Source of the DNA: an uncultured Bacteroidales bacterium
GTDB lineage: Bacteria > Bacteroidota > Bacteroidia > Bacteroidales > WCHB1-69
Assembly (NCBI GenBank): GCA_937901455.1
Contig: CALDIA010000054.1
Coordinates: forward strand, 69,224 to 133,223
Direction: 5' to 3'
Length of the DNA stretch: 64,000 bases
Made by a program: the position numbers and the translations under genes. Numbering within the stretch: the first letter of the stretch is position 1; each line of letters starts with the position of its first letter. The notes below the pieces were generated by a model that had not been told where the DNA came from, ran no database searches, and saw only the letters and a program-made list of their open reading frames with translations. Positions 1 through 10,550 of the stretch are shown piece by piece.

Positions 1-1
1 C

Positions 2-3000
2 GCTCAATTGCATATCTATGGTACATATAACATGGAAGAAGATTATGATTTCATCTATGTATATGATGCACAAGGCACTCAAGTTCTTGAACTTACCGGC
101 GAAGGCAACCTTGACATTACGATGTCTGCACCTGTTACCATCAACCTCTCAAGCGATTACAGCGTAACCTATTCTGGTTTTGCCTTCCATGTGGAGTGTA
201 TCATTCCTGAAAACATCAGTACAGCTATTACTTGGGCTGGTGGTCTTTCTGATGCTTGCGATCTGAGCAATCAATATATTGTCGCAACTTTTAATAATAA
301 TGGCTTGGATGCCGTTACCACTATGATTGGTAGTTACAGTGTAAACGGCGGTGCTCCTGTTACGGAGACCTTCTCCTTACCGGCTGTTGCTCCTGGCGAG
401 ACCGGTGCTGTAACGTTCAGCACACCTGTTGTGTTTGACCAAACTACCAATACCGTGGAGGTTACTCTTTATGCTGCTGATGAGCCCGCTGCTATGCGGG
501 ATGACAACACCTTTACTATCACAGGTATTGATGAAGTTGCTCCTATGACGGCTCCTTACACCGTATTGCCTGCCGCCACCTCTACAATTGGCGTTGACGG
601 TTGGAAGACAGTTGACGGAAACAATAGCGGTCTGGCTTGGACTATCAGCAATTCCACCATGAATGCTCCGTACAGCGATGTATATGACAATAACAGCTGG
701 TTGATCACACCGTGTTATGATCTTCCTGCCGGTACTTATGTTGTGAAGTACGACTACAAGGTGGGCGATGCTGCTATTCCTGAGAAGTTTGCTGTATGCT
801 ACGGCGAGGGCGGCAATGTGGCCGACATGACCAACCTGCTGGCTCAACACCAGAACATCACCAACAGCAGCTATGTGACGGCACAACACGTCATCACCAT
901 TCCGGCTGACGGTGTTTACAACTTCGGTTTTCTTGCCAACAGCGAGAGAGGCGGTCTGGGTGTTTCTGTGAAAAACCTCAAAGTGGAACAGCTGGTTCAG
1001 CTCACCGCTTATGCAAACGGCAATGGTTCTATCACACCGAGCGGTACCTTCTATGTGGGTGCTAACACGACCCAAACCTTCGTGATGAACCCTGAACCAC
1101 ATGCTTACTTGCAGAGCGTGACCGTGAACGGACAAGTGGTGGCTACTTACAACAACATTTCCAATGGCGTGGCTTATGTACATACGGTAACCACCGACCA
1201 CGATGTAGTGATCGCCAACTTCACCGCCACTAATATGTTCACCTATAATATAAATGGTGGCCAAGGTTATGTAAACGGTGGCTTCTACACCGCTCCTGCA
1301 ACCTTCAGCGAGGAGTATGCTTATAACCAAGACCAATACATCACTTTCGAGGCTGCTGAAGGTTATCATGTAGAAAATGTAAACATCAATGGTGTGGACT
1401 ATGGTCCTATCACCTATTGGGTGATTACGCACATTGCTCAGAATTATAACTTCGTCATCACCTTTGCGCCTAATACCTATGTAGTTACCACTACGGCTTA
1501 CGGCAATGGTTATGTGTCTGACGGAGCTACCTTCGTGTACAATCCTAACAACACCTACACCTTCTCCGCTACTCCTGGCAATAATAGCCACATCGCAAGC
1601 ATTTTGCGCAACAATGAAGAGTTGACGGTTGCTGATCCGTTTGCAACATACTCTGAGACATTGACCAACATCCTCAGCGATTATGACTATGTGGTACGCT
1701 TCGACCCGAACACGTACAGTGTAACGGCCACTGCCGGTGCCCATGGTACGATCACCCCGAATGGTGTCTCCTATTACAACTACAACACCAATGCCAACTA
1801 CTACATTGAGGCTGCCAACGGCTATTACATCACCTCTGTGACTATCGACGGTGTGACTACTGACTATACGCAAGGCAGTGCCTTGACATCCATGTCATAC
1901 ACCTTCCCGAACATCAGTGCCAACCACACCATCAGTGCTGTATTCGCACAATATGAGTACACCATCACGGTGAATGCCGGTGCCCATGGTACAATCACTC
2001 CGGGAACCACTACGGTAGCAGAAAATGCCACTCCGACCTTCAACATCACTCCGAATGCCGGTTATGGTATTGCTTCCGTAACGGTTGATGGCGTGTCTGT
2101 AGGCGCTGTTGCTTCCTACACCTTTGCACCTGTAACAGCCAACCATACTATCGAAGCCACTTTCGCACAGTATCAATATACGATTACTGCTAATGCTGGC
2201 AACGGTGGTAGCATTACGCCTAACGGTGTTACCAACATGGTTTACAATGGTACGCAAACCTATACCATCACTCCTGCCACCGGCTATCATATCAACAATG
2301 TATATGTGGACGGTGCTTCTGTAGGCGCAGTTTCCAGCTACACCTTCACCGATGTGACGGCTAACCATACCATTTTTGCTACCTTCGACATCAATGAGTA
2401 CACAATCACTGTTAACCAACCGAACAACGGTGTGATTAATCCAGGTACCACTACCGTACAATATGGTGCTACTCCGACCTTCGTGGTTACCCCGAACACG
2501 GGATACTATGTGAGCGCTATCACGTTGAACGGCACGAATGTCATCAACAATGCCACTCAGGTGAACGGTGTGTACACATACACCTTGCCAGCTGTGACCG
2601 CCGACAGAACCCTGACGGCTACGATGACCCAGAAGACCTTCACCATCACCGCTTCTGCCGGTGCCCACGGTACCATCAACCCGAGCGGTACGGCTACAGT
2701 GAACTTCGGTGCCAATAAGTCTTACAACTTCAACCCAGCCACCGGCTATGAGGTTGAAAACGTTACCGTAGATGGCATGAACATGGGTGCTATCACCTCT
2801 TACACCTTCGTGAATGTGGTGGCCAACCATACCATCAACGTAACCTTCAAACTGCAAGAATGTGAACTTCCTACCAACTTGCAAACCATCTTCATTGATT
2901 CCACATCCGCAACATTGTCTTGGTACCATGCAGGTGCTTCCTCTTATGATATCCAATACAAGGCTATCAACGAGGCCACCTTCACTTCTACCACCACCAC

Positions 3001-3391
3001 ACAATTGTCATACATGCTGACCGGTTTGACACCGAGCACCACCTACATCTGGATGGTACGTGCCAACTGCGTGGCCAACAACCCAAGCCCATGGACCAAC
3101 GGTTGTATTTTCAGAACTTTGGACGTTCCTACCTTCAACGATGGTATTGAGGATCACGTTCAAGAGATGATCAATGTGTGTAGTGTGGTTAACAATGTGT
3201 ATATCATCAATGAAAATGGTATTCGCATTGACAATGTCCAGATTTACGATGTTTACGGCAAGTTGATTTATGCCGGTACCGCGAACTCATCCAGCGAGGT
3301 AATCTCCATGAATGTGGCTACGGGCACCTACATCGTTCATTTGAACACCGAATATGGTGTGGCTACCTACAAACTCCATCTTACAAAATAG
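2..3391 (+). CDS. Large T9SS-secreted surface/adhesin-like protein, 5'-truncated by the window edge. Modules: CARDB-like and cleaved-adhesin/choice-of-anchor-J-like N-terminal regions, ~8 tandem divergent InlB-B-repeat-like domains, FN3, T9SS C-terminal sorting domain
   Basis: The frame is open from the window edge (phase 2,5,8; the track start at 8 is a TTG). There are tandem 73-82 aa modules ending in ..ANHTI.ATF... An FN3-like module follows (LPTNLQ..STTYIWMVRA). The C-terminal ~80 aa (VQIYDVYGKLIY..GTYIVHL..YKLHL) fits the T9SS CTD pattern. Confidence 0.8.
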   Translation, partial: AQLHIYGTYNMEEDYDFIYVYDAQGTQVLELTGEGNLDITMSAPVTINLSSDYSVTYSGFAFHVECIIPENISTAITWAGGLSDACDLSNQYIVATFNNNGLDAVTTMIGSYSVNGGAPVTETFSLPAVAPGETGAVTFSTPVVFDQTTNTVEVTLYAADEPAAMRDDNTFTITGIDEVAPMTAPYTVLPAATSTIGVDGWKTVDGNNSGLAWTISNSTMNAPYSDVYDNNSWLITPCYDLPAGTYVVKYDYKVGDAAIPEKFAVCYGEGGNVADMTNLLAQHQNITNSSYVTAQHVITIPADGVYNFGFLANSERGGLGVSVKNLKVEQLVQLTAYANGNGSITPSGTFYVGANTTQTFVMNPEPHAYLQSVTVNGQVVATYNNISNGVAYVHTVTTDHDVVIANFTATNMFTYNINGGQGYVNGGFYTAPATFSEEYAYNQDQYITFEAAEGYHVENVNINGVDYGPITYWVITHIAQNYNFVITFAPNTYVVTTTAYGNGYVSDGATFVYNPNNTYTFSATPGNNSHIASILRNNEELTVADPFATYSETLTNILSDYDYVVRFDPNTYSVTATAGAHGTITPNGVSYYNYNTNANYYIEAANGYYITSVTIDGVTTDYTQGSALTSMSYTFPNISANHTISAVFAQYEYTITVNAGAHGTITPGTTTVAENATPTFNITPNAGYGIASVTVDGVSVGAVASYTFAPVTANHTIEATFAQYQYTITANAGNGGSITPNGVTNMVYNGTQTYTITPATGYHINNVYVDGASVGAVSSYTFTDVTANHTIFATFDINEYTITVNQPNNGVINPGTTTVQYGATPTFVVTPNTGYYVSAITLNGTNVINNATQVNGVYTYTLPAVTADRTLTATMTQKTFTITASAGAHGTINPSGTATVNFGANKSYNFNPATGYEVENVTVDGMNMGAITSYTFVNVVANHTINVTFKLQECELPTNLQTIFIDSTSATLSWYHAGASSYDIQYKAINEATFTSTTTTQLSYMLTGLTPSTTYIWMVRANCVANNPSPWTNGCIFRTLDVPTFNDGIEDHVQEMINVCSVVNNVYIINENGIRIDNVQIYDVYGKLIYAGTANSSSEVISMNVATGTYIVHLNTEYGVATYKLHLTK
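998..2855 (+). repeat. Intragenic tandem array of ~8 Ig-like B-repeat modules (period 73-82 aa)
   Basis: Modules start near aa 331, 409, 491, 570, 649, 722, 796 and 876 of the track ORF. Short near-identical DNA stretches (gccggtgccca.ggtac) recur at ~1733, ~1976 and ~2657. Confidence 0.75.
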
Positions 3392-3428
3392 AGGTGTTTG
3401 AAAGGCAAATAGCCCTGTAATCCACCAA

Positions 3429-3458
3429 GGAGGCTGCCAACAGGCGGCCTCCTTTTTT
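3429..3458 (+). terminator. Rho-independent terminator after the adhesin gene
   Basis: The stem is GGAGGCTGCC / GGCGGCCTCC (10 bp, one U.G pair) with loop AACA, followed by T6. Confidence 0.8.
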
Positions 3459-3507
3459 GTTGTATGCGGATGTTATATAGAAGCACTCATATTTCAATAA
3501 AAAATGC

Positions 3508-3515
3508 TATTTTTG
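3508..3515 (+). promoter_or_regulatory. Bacteroidota -7 promoter box (TAnnTTTG) for secA
   Basis: TATTTTTG lies 24 nt upstream of the secA ATG. Confidence 0.6.
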
Positions 3516-3538
3516 CCTCCTTAATTATTTTTTGAAAT

Positions 3539-6500
3539 ATGGCTAACTTTTTAACTAAAATTTTTGGTACAAAGGCAGATAGAGATATGAAGGAGTTGAA
3601 GCCTTTGTTGAATAAGACTTTGGAAGTTTATGAGACTATTAAGAATCTGACCACAGACGAGTTGCGGCACAAAACGCTGGAATTTCGGGAGAAGATACAG
3701 TCTGCCACTGCCACTGAAGAACATCGCGTAAAGGAGATCAAAAACTACTTGGATGAGAACTACGACCTTCCCATTGAGGAGAAGCAGGAATTATACAAAG
3801 AGAGTGAGAAGCTCGAAGACAAGATATATGAGACCACTCAGCATATTTTACGCGAGATACTGCCTGAGGCTTTCTCGGTCATGAAGGAGACCGCCCGCCG
3901 TTTCAAGGATAATGAGGTGATAGAAGTTACGGCCACCCAGATGGACCGTGATTTGGCAGCCACCCACGATGGTATTGAGATTGATGGCGACAAGGCTCGT
4001 TACAGCAACTCTTGGTCGGCGGGAGGCAATATGATCACTTGGGATATGTGCCATTATGACGTGCAGCTCATAGGCGGTATTGTGTTGCATGATGGTAAGA
4101 TTGCCGAAATGGCCACCGGTGAAGGTAAAACCCTTGTGGCCACCCTGCCCGTATATCTGAATGCACTCCCGGGTAAGGGCGTGCACGTGGTGACCGTGAA
4201 CGATTATTTGGCCAAGCGTGACTCTGAATGGATGGGCCGCCTCTATGAGTTTCTTGGACTTTCCGTGGATTGTATCGACAAGCATGAACCCAATTCCGAT
4301 GAGCGCCGCCGTGCTTATAACGCTGACATCACATACGGCACCAACAATGAGTTCGGTTTTGACTACTTGCGTGACAATATGGCCCGCAATATCGGGGAAT
4401 TGGTGCAACGGCCCCATAACTATGCCATCGTGGATGAGGTTGACTCCGTATTGATTGATGATGCCCGTACCCCATTGATTATTTCTGGTCCCACACCCAA
4501 AGGCGACAAGCAGGATTTTGACCAGTATAAGCCCATCGTGCAAAAGCTGTACGATGCCCAGAAGCTCTATGTGGCGGACATTCTAACCAAGGCCAAGGCC
4601 ATGCTGAAGGAAAACCCCGACCCAAAGCCGCAAGACGAGAGTGCCATGTTGCTGTTGCGCGCCCACCGCGGTCTGCCCAAAAACAAAGCCCTCATCAAAT
4701 TTCTCAGCGAACCGGGTATGAAACAGGTGCTCCAACGCACGGAGTCTTTCTTCATGCAAGAGCAAAATAGAAATATGCATTTTATTGACGATGAGCTCTA
4801 TTTCGTGATCGAAGAAAAACAGAATACCGTCGATATTATGGAAAAGGGTATTGACGTCATCAGCAAGGACTCTGAACAAGCAAAGATGTTCATCATGCCT
4901 GATGTGGGTGCAGAGATTGCCGAGCTGGAGAAGCTGGACCTCTCTCCCGAGGAAAAAGCCACCCGCAAAGAGGAAATATACACTAACTTTGCCGCCGCTT
5001 CCGATCGTATCCATACCATTCACCAACTTTTGAAGGCTTACACAATGTTTGCCAAGGATGTGGAGTATGTGATTATTGACAATAAGGTGAAGATTGTAGA
5101 TGAGCAGACAGGCCGTATCATGGAGGGTCGTCGCTATTCAGATGGTTTACACCAAGCTATCGAAGCCAAGGAAAACGTAAAGGTAGAAGCCGCCACGCAG
5201 ACCTATGCTACCATCACGCTTCAGAACTATTTCCGTATGTATAAGAAACTGGCTGGTATGACGGGTACAGCAGAGACAGAAGCTGGCGAGTTCTGGAATA
5301 TCTATAAACTGGATGTGGTCGTAATCCCCACCAACAAGCCGGTAATCCGTAACGACTATGATGATTTGGTGTACAAAACCAAGCGCGAAAAATACAATGC
5401 GGTGGTAAATGAGATTGTTCGTCTGCACGAAGAGGGTCGTCCCGTTCTGGTAGGTACTACCTCTGTGGAAACTTCGGAGTTGCTGTCAAAGATTCTGAAC
5501 ATGCGTCGTATCCAGCACAATGTCTTGAACGCCAAGTTACATAAGAAGGAGGCTGACATTGTGGCTGAAGCCGGAAAGGAGGGCACCGTGACCATTGCCA
5601 CCAATATGGCTGGTCGTGGTACAGATATTAAACTAACCCCGAAAGTGAAGGAGTTGGGCGGTTTGGCCATCATCGGTACAGAACGCCACGATTCCCGACG
5701 GGTGGACCGCCAGTTGCGAGGCCGTTCCGGTCGTCAGGGCGACCCGGGTAGCTCCCAGTTTTTCGTCTCCTTGGAAGACGACCTGATGCGTCTGTTTGGC
5801 TCCGAACGTATCGCTAAGGTTATGGACCAGATGGGGCACCAGGACGGTGATGTCATCCAACACAGCATGATTTCCAAATCCATTGAACGCGCCCAAAAAA
5901 AGGTGGAGGAAAATAACTTCGGTATTCGTAAGCGTTTGCTGGAATATGATGATGTGATGAACAAACAGCGTTCCACCATCTACCGCAAACGTCGCAATGC
6001 TCTCTTTGGCGATAGATTGGCTATCGATATCTCGCAGATGTTCGAGGATGTATGCGCCAATATGGTTCCCGAATATTGGGAAGCCAAAGACTTCGAAGGC
6101 TTTAACACAGCTATGATCACTACCTTCGGCATAGAATCGCCTTTTAATGAAGACGATTTTCTGCAGGAGCGCCCCAATAATTTGATAGAAAAGCTACAAC
6201 CTATTGTATATGACCATTATAAGGAGAAAATTGCCAAGGTTTGCGAACAGGCATTCCCCGTCATCGACAGAGTGTTTCTTGAACATGGAGAACAATTCCA
6301 AAATATTGCTATTCCTTTTACCGATGGCAAGCGTACCATCAACATTGTGGCACCGCTGAAGAAATGTCATGAGACCAATGGTCGTGAGGTGGGACTCTCC
6401 TTTGAGAAAGGCATCACGCTGGCTGTTATTGATAATGCATGGAAAGAGCACCTGCGTGCCATGGACGACTTGAAGGAGAGCGTGCAAAATGCCTCCTACG

Positions 6501-6841
6501 AACAGAAAGACCCGCTTTTGATCTATAAACTGGAGTCCTTCAATCTCTTTGACGAGTTGCTGATTCGCATTAGCCAGGAAATTGTCTCCTTCTTGAATAA
6601 AGGCAAATTGCCAGTAGCCGAAAACACACAGGTTCGTGAGGCGCAACTGCCACAGTCAGACGCCAAAAAACTGCAAACAGGCCGCAGTGATTTGCCCGGA
6701 CAGGGGCGACAGGTCACCCAGGGAGGTAAAGGCAGCCAACCAATCCGCGTGGAAAAGAAAGTGGGCCGTAATGATCCTTGCCCCTGTGGCAGTGGCCTCA
6801 AATATAAGAAATGCCACGGTCGCGCCGAGTTTGCAGAATGA
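3539..6841 (+). CDS. secA: Preprotein translocase ATPase SecA
   Basis: Walker A is [14 protein letters not shown]. The DEAD-like box is [21 protein letters not shown]. The C-terminal zinc motif is [14 protein letters not shown]. Length is 1100 aa. Confidence 0.97.
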   Translation: MANFLTKIFGTKADRDMKELKPLLNKTLEVYETIKNLTTDELRHKTLEFREKIQSATATEEHRVKEIKNYLDENYDLPIEEKQELYKESEKLEDKIYETTQHILREILPEAFSVMKETARRFKDNEVIEVTATQMDRDLAATHDGIEIDGDKARYSNSWSAGGNMITWDMCHYDVQLIGGIVLHDGKIAEMATGEGKTLVATLPVYLNALPGKGVHVVTVNDYLAKRDSEWMGRLYEFLGLSVDCIDKHEPNSDERRRAYNADITYGTNNEFGFDYLRDNMARNIGELVQRPHNYAIVDEVDSVLIDDARTPLIISGPTPKGDKQDFDQYKPIVQKLYDAQKLYVADILTKAKAMLKENPDPKPQDESAMLLLRAHRGLPKNKALIKFLSEPGMKQVLQRTESFFMQEQNRNMHFIDDELYFVIEEKQNTVDIMEKGIDVISKDSEQAKMFIMPDVGAEIAELEKLDLSPEEKATRKEEIYTNFAAASDRIHTIHQLLKAYTMFAKDVEYVIIDNKVKIVDEQTGRIMEGRRYSDGLHQAIEAKENVKVEAATQTYATITLQNYFRMYKKLAGMTGTAETEAGEFWNIYKLDVVVIPTNKPVIRNDYDDLVYKTKREKYNAVVNEIVRLHEEGRPVLVGTTSVETSELLSKILNMRRIQHNVLNAKLHKKEADIVAEAGKEGTVTIATNMAGRGTDIKLTPKVKELGGLAIIGTERHDSRRVDRQLRGRSGRQGDPGSSQFFVSLEDDLMRLFGSERIAKVMDQMGHQDGDVIQHSMISKSIERAQKKVEENNFGIRKRLLEYDDVMNKQRSTIYRKRRNALFGDRLAIDISQMFEDVCANMVPEYWEAKDFEGFNTAMITTFGIESPFNEDDFLQERPNNLIEKLQPIVYDHYKEKIAKVCEQAFPVIDRVFLEHGEQFQNIAIPFTDGKRTINIVAPLKKCHETNGREVGLSFEKGITLAVIDNAWKEHLRAMDDLKESVQNASYEQKDPLLIYKLESFNLFDELLIRISQEIVSFLNKGKLPVAENTQVREAQLPQSDAKKLQTGRSDLPGQGRQVTQGGKGSQPIRVEKKVGRNDPCPCGSGLKYKKCHGRAEFAE

Positions 6842-7953
6842 AAACAGCCATACTCTCCGTAACCAATGACCTCTATACGGACCCCCGTGTGGATAAGGTG
6901 GCCCGTTTTCTTCAACGTAACGATTATCTGGTCACCTTGGTAGGCCGTCGCTATGCCGACTCCCCGCAGCTTGAAAATCGACCATATAAGACCCATCGCA
7001 TGAGGCTCCTTTTTAAAAGAGGCTTCCTTTTCTATGCTGAATATCAAATCAGACTTTTCCTGTACCTGATTTTCCACCCATATGATGTGTATGTGGCCAA
7101 TGACCTCGACACGTTGCTTCCAAATCTAATGGTTAGCAAGGTTCGTAAGAAAAAATTGGTCTATGACAGCCATGAGTATTTCTGTGGAGACCTCTCCGTA
7201 GTAAGCAATCCCATCGCTCATTGGGTTTGGTCACATATTGAGCGGTTCTGCTTTCCAAAACTGGAGACAGTCATCACAGTCAGTCAGTCGATTGTGGACC
7301 AATACGAGAAAGAATATGGCATTCGACCCTATCTTGTGCGCAACATTCCAGCCAATAATCACTATGGATTAGTCGAAACGCGCCAGTCGCTGGGGATGCC
7401 CGCTGACAAATTCATATTGATATTGCAGGGAAATGCTATTAGTGAGGGTCGAGGAGGCGAGGAGATGATAGAGGCTATGCCGCTATTGCCAGGCACACAT
7501 CTTTTCGTGGTCGGCAGTGGGCCTTCCCTACCCGCTATGAAAGCGCGAGTGGCGGCGCTCAACCTCTCAGACCAGATTACCTTTGTAGGCCGGCAGAACC
7601 AGCAGATGTTATATAACTATACGAAACTCGCAGATGCCGGAATTGCGCTTGACAAGAATGTGAGCGACAATGCCCGTTTTAGCTTGCCAAACAAGATTTT
7701 TGAGTATATAAAGGCTGCCACCCCGCTGGTGGTCTCCAACCTGGTTGAACGTCGCAATATTGTGAACAACTACCAAGTGGGAGTTGTTGCCGAGGATTGG
7801 ACTCCTGAAGGCGTTGCCGAAGCCGTGCGCAAACTGCAATTTAATGCCGACTTTTACAGTCAATGTCAGCAGCATTGTGAAATAGCCGCCCATGAGTTGA
7901 CATGGGAAAACGAGGAAAAGGTTCTGGCCCAAATCTACGGGAAAACCTTGTGA
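6838..7953 (+). CDS. GT-B fold glycosyltransferase (GT4-like)
   Basis: I trimmed the start to [21 protein letters not shown]. Its ATG (6838) overlaps the secA TGA (6839-6841) as ATGA. The C-terminal half carries ..[17 protein letters not shown].., typical of retaining GT-B enzymes. Confidence 0.7.
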   Translation: MKTAILSVTNDLYTDPRVDKVARFLQRNDYLVTLVGRRYADSPQLENRPYKTHRMRLLFKRGFLFYAEYQIRLFLYLIFHPYDVYVANDLDTLLPNLMVSKVRKKKLVYDSHEYFCGDLSVVSNPIAHWVWSHIERFCFPKLETVITVSQSIVDQYEKEYGIRPYLVRNIPANNHYGLVETRQSLGMPADKFILILQGNAISEGRGGEEMIEAMPLLPGTHLFVVGSGPSLPAMKARVAALNLSDQITFVGRQNQQMLYNYTKLADAGIALDKNVSDNARFSLPNKIFEYIKAATPLVVSNLVERRNIVNNYQVGVVAEDWTPEGVAEAVRKLQFNADFYSQCQQHCEIAAHELTWENEEKVLAQIYGKTL

Positions 7954-8033
7954 AGGTGAATCTTTGTTAAGAGGTAACCAATACTAATTGTACCGCAATG
8001 GCGAAATCGCGGACTTGGCAAGGCTCAGCGTCC

Positions 8034-8876
8034 TTATTGCTGCATCTGATACAATCTCCTGATTTCCTCCGGCCAAAGCGCTTCGTTTGGGGTCTCCAGA
8101 ATGATGGGCATGTCATCGAAGCGAGGATCGTTCATAAACCGCTCAAAAAAAGGCAATCCTAAAAGGCCTAATCCAATGCTCTCATGGCGGTCAACGTGGG
8201 AGGCCAAGGCCTTTTTGGTGTCGTTGAGATGGATGGCCCGCAAATATTGGGCTCCGATGGTACGGTCGAATTCCTCAAAAGTTGCCGTATAGCCCTCTTC
8301 TGACTTAAGATCATAGCCCGCCGAATAGGTATGGCACGTGTCAATGCAGACTCCTACCCGGCTTTTGTCTTCCACTTTGTCGATGATAATGGCGATATGC
8401 TCAAAGCTGAAGCCGACATTGGAGCCTTGTCCAGCGGTATTTTCAATCACAGCGGTGACCCCTTCCGTTCTTTCCAGGGCTAAATTGATGCTTTCGGCAA
8501 TACGGTTCAGGCATTGGTCAAGAGAAATCTGATTGAGATGGCTGCCAGGGTGGAAGTTGAGCATCTGAAGACCTAATTGCTCACAACGTTTCATTTCATC
8601 GAAGAAAGCGTTGCGCGACTTCCCGATTAACGCATCATCGGGTTGTCCGAGGTTGATGAGATAGCTGTCGTGGGGCAGGATATGGTTGGGGGTAATGCCA
8701 GCTTCCACACAGTTGGCACGGAACTGTTCAATGCTTTTGGTCGTGAGGGGAGGGGGGACCCATTGGCGTTGGTTTTTGGTAAAAAGGGCGAAGGCGCTGG
8801 CGCCGACAACTTTGGCATTCAATGGGGCATTTTCCACGCCACCCGAAGCACTCACATGAGGACCTATATACTTCAT
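8034..8876 (-). CDS. nfo: Deoxyribonuclease (endonuclease) IV
   Basis: The N-terminus is [13 protein letters not shown]. Motifs [28 protein letters not shown] and HLNDT are present. Confidence 0.93.
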   Translation of the reverse strand: MKYIGPHVSASGGVENAPLNAKVVGASAFALFTKNQRQWVPPPLTTKSIEQFRANCVEAGITPNHILPHDSYLINLGQPDDALIGKSRNAFFDEMKRCEQLGLQMLNFHPGSHLNQISLDQCLNRIAESINLALERTEGVTAVIENTAGQGSNVGFSFEHIAIIIDKVEDKSRVGVCIDTCHTYSAGYDLKSEEGYTATFEEFDRTIGAQYLRAIHLNDTKKALASHVDRHESIGLGLLGLPFFERFMNDPRFDDMPIILETPNEALWPEEIRRLYQMQQ

Positions 8877-8878
8877 GG

Positions 8879-9673
8879 CTAATTGATTTTATATGCAAAC
8901 AACAATTGAACGTTGAAAAGACGTTGTTTATAACTCTCCCCGGCAAACTCAGTGTTCATCACGTTCAAAAGTCCAACATCAGCATGCACTCCCACATAGA
9001 ATTTGGACACCTGATATCCTATTTCGGCAGAAAGGCCTACGTTGAAGCGATTTAGAATATTACCGGTGTATAGATGGTATTTTTTATAGTAATCATCCCC
9101 GGCAAGACTATAGAACAGATACTTAGAGTCTTTCAAGAAAGGGTTGAAGTTACCCGTGCCCGTATATCGGCTGACATCGCCTTCGGGATTGGTGATTACA
9201 GCAGAGGCATCATAGGCGATGTCGCCACCTACAGCGGCATCCACATACGCGCCCAAACCAGCCACAAAGTGGTTTTCTTGCAAGGATCCATGATAGAACA
9301 CCATTACCGGGACTTTGATACGGTGCATTTTGTAGAGGTTCTCTGTAGCGATGGAATAGTGGGTATTCTTTTGGGTGTAAACAGCCGTCTGGTTTTGGTG
9401 AAAACGATGCCAGCCATACATAACACCAGATTGAAGAAACCATTTGTTTGCCAAGTGAATATCTACTATTAACCCGCCAGTAAGGCCTATCTTTAACTGT
9501 GTATTGGTATTATAGCCGTAGGCGCTTTGACTGGTGATAGTGCTGTTGGGGATCAACAGGGTGGTACCAACAACTCCGATGCGGGCTGACAGCTGGGCCC
9601 TTTGTACTTCTTCTTGTGCGGGAAGTGTCCATATAGTGCAAAAGAGAAGGAATATGATGATAACTTTTTTCAT
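8879..9673 (-). CDS. Outer-membrane beta-barrel protein (OMP_b-brl_2 / PorT-like family)
   Basis: It has a signal peptide (..WTLPAQE), alternating aromatic/glycine strand patterns and a C-terminal ..LLFAYKIN. There is a 2-nt gap to nfo. Confidence 0.55.
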   Translation of the reverse strand: MKKVIIIFLLFCTIWTLPAQEEVQRAQLSARIGVVGTTLLIPNSTITSQSAYGYNTNTQLKIGLTGGLIVDIHLANKWFLQSGVMYGWHRFHQNQTAVYTQKNTHYSIATENLYKMHRIKVPVMVFYHGSLQENHFVAGLGAYVDAAVGGDIAYDASAVITNPEGDVSRYTGTGNFNPFLKDSKYLFYSLAGDDYYKKYHLYTGNILNRFNVGLSAEIGYQVSKFYVGVHADVGLLNVMNTEFAGESYKQRLFNVQLLFAYKIN

Positions 9674-9691
9674 AGGTGATATAGTGTTTGG

Positions 9692-10423
9692 TTATTCTTG
9701 CGTAGATGGGATGGGGGAAGTGATTTCGCGCATGGCAACGGTCAAGCAGCCATAGAGGCCTGCCGTCTCGGTTCGTAGCCGGCGATTGCCGAGCTTAACC
9801 TCAACATAGCCAAGTTGCCGTGCCTTGGCCACCTCTTCGGGACTGAAGTCCCCCTCTGGGCCTATGAGCAGAAGGATGTCTTGGTGAAGAAAAGGTTCTG
9901 TCGCCAGTTGCCGGTTGTTGTCATCATCGCACCAAGCCATGAAACGGTCGGCAGTCATGTTGGAGGTGTTGTCAAGCCATTCATCAAAAGAAAGCACCTG
10001 CATGATGGGCAACCACGAGGTCTGCGATTGCTTGAGGGCGGAGATAGCGAGACGATTCATGCGCTCCATGTTGACGCGTGAGCGCTCTGAATGGTCGCAA
10101 AGAAGAAAACTTATATGATGAACGCCAATCTCTACGGCCTTTTCCACAAGCCATTCCATACGGTCAATGTTTTTGGTGGGGGCAATGGCTAAATGTAGTC
10201 TGTGGCGCAAAGGTAGGTTTTCTTCAATGAGCTTATGGATTTCCAGTATGCACTTTTTCGGGTTGGCTTCTATAACAGAAAAATCAGCAAGATGTCCGCG
10301 CCCATCCGTAACGCGCACAATATCGCCCTCTCGATGTCGCATTACTCGTATGCAATGCTCAGATTCTTCGGTACTCAAGGTGATTTGAGGCTGAGATATG
10401 TCTAGAACGTAAAAGTAATGCAT
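9692..10423 (-). CDS. rsmE: 16S rRNA (uracil1498-N3)-methyltransferase RsmE
   Basis: The N-terminus is MHYFYV... The C-terminus LIGPEGDFSPEEV..LGNRRLRTETAG is typical of RsmE. Confidence 0.88.
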   Translation of the reverse strand: MHYFYVLDISQPQITLSTEESEHCIRVMRHREGDIVRVTDGRGHLADFSVIEANPKKCILEIHKLIEENLPLRHRLHLAIAPTKNIDRMEWLVEKAVEIGVHHISFLLCDHSERSRVNMERMNRLAISALKQSQTSWLPIMQVLSFDEWLDNTSNMTADRFMAWCDDDNNRQLATEPFLHQDILLLIGPEGDFSPEEVAKARQLGYVEVKLGNRRLRTETAGLYGCLTVAMREITSPIPSTQE

Positions 10424-10473
10424 GATAATGGTTTCTAATCGATTGAAAGAAAAAAATGAAAACGTTTATAGTG

Positions 10474-10481
10474 CAAAAATA
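10474..10481 (-). promoter_or_regulatory. -7 box TATTTTTG for the rsmE-OMP-nfo unit
   Basis: The reverse complement of caaaaata lies ~50 nt upstream of the rsmE ATG. Confidence 0.5.
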
Positions 10482-10550
10482 TACAAAATATGAATATGTG
10501 CCACCATTGATAACGGCTGGGGGAGTGTTGTGGTAGAACAAGCCTTATTG

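Noticed and set aside
377-3004. Long antisense ORFs (498 aa at 377-1873 and 369 aa at 1895-3004) opposite the adhesin gene.
   Set aside because: Their translations are low-complexity (Val/Gly/Arg/His-rich) with no signal or motif. The sense strand has clear domain structure, so these are a by-product of the repetitive, codon-biased sense frame.
3539-7953. Whether secA plus the glycosyltransferase is an accessory Sec (SecA2-type) glycoprotein export locus.
   Set aside because: This SecA is full-length with the canonical C-terminal zinc finger. There are no secY2/asp genes and no serine-rich repeat substrate nearby.
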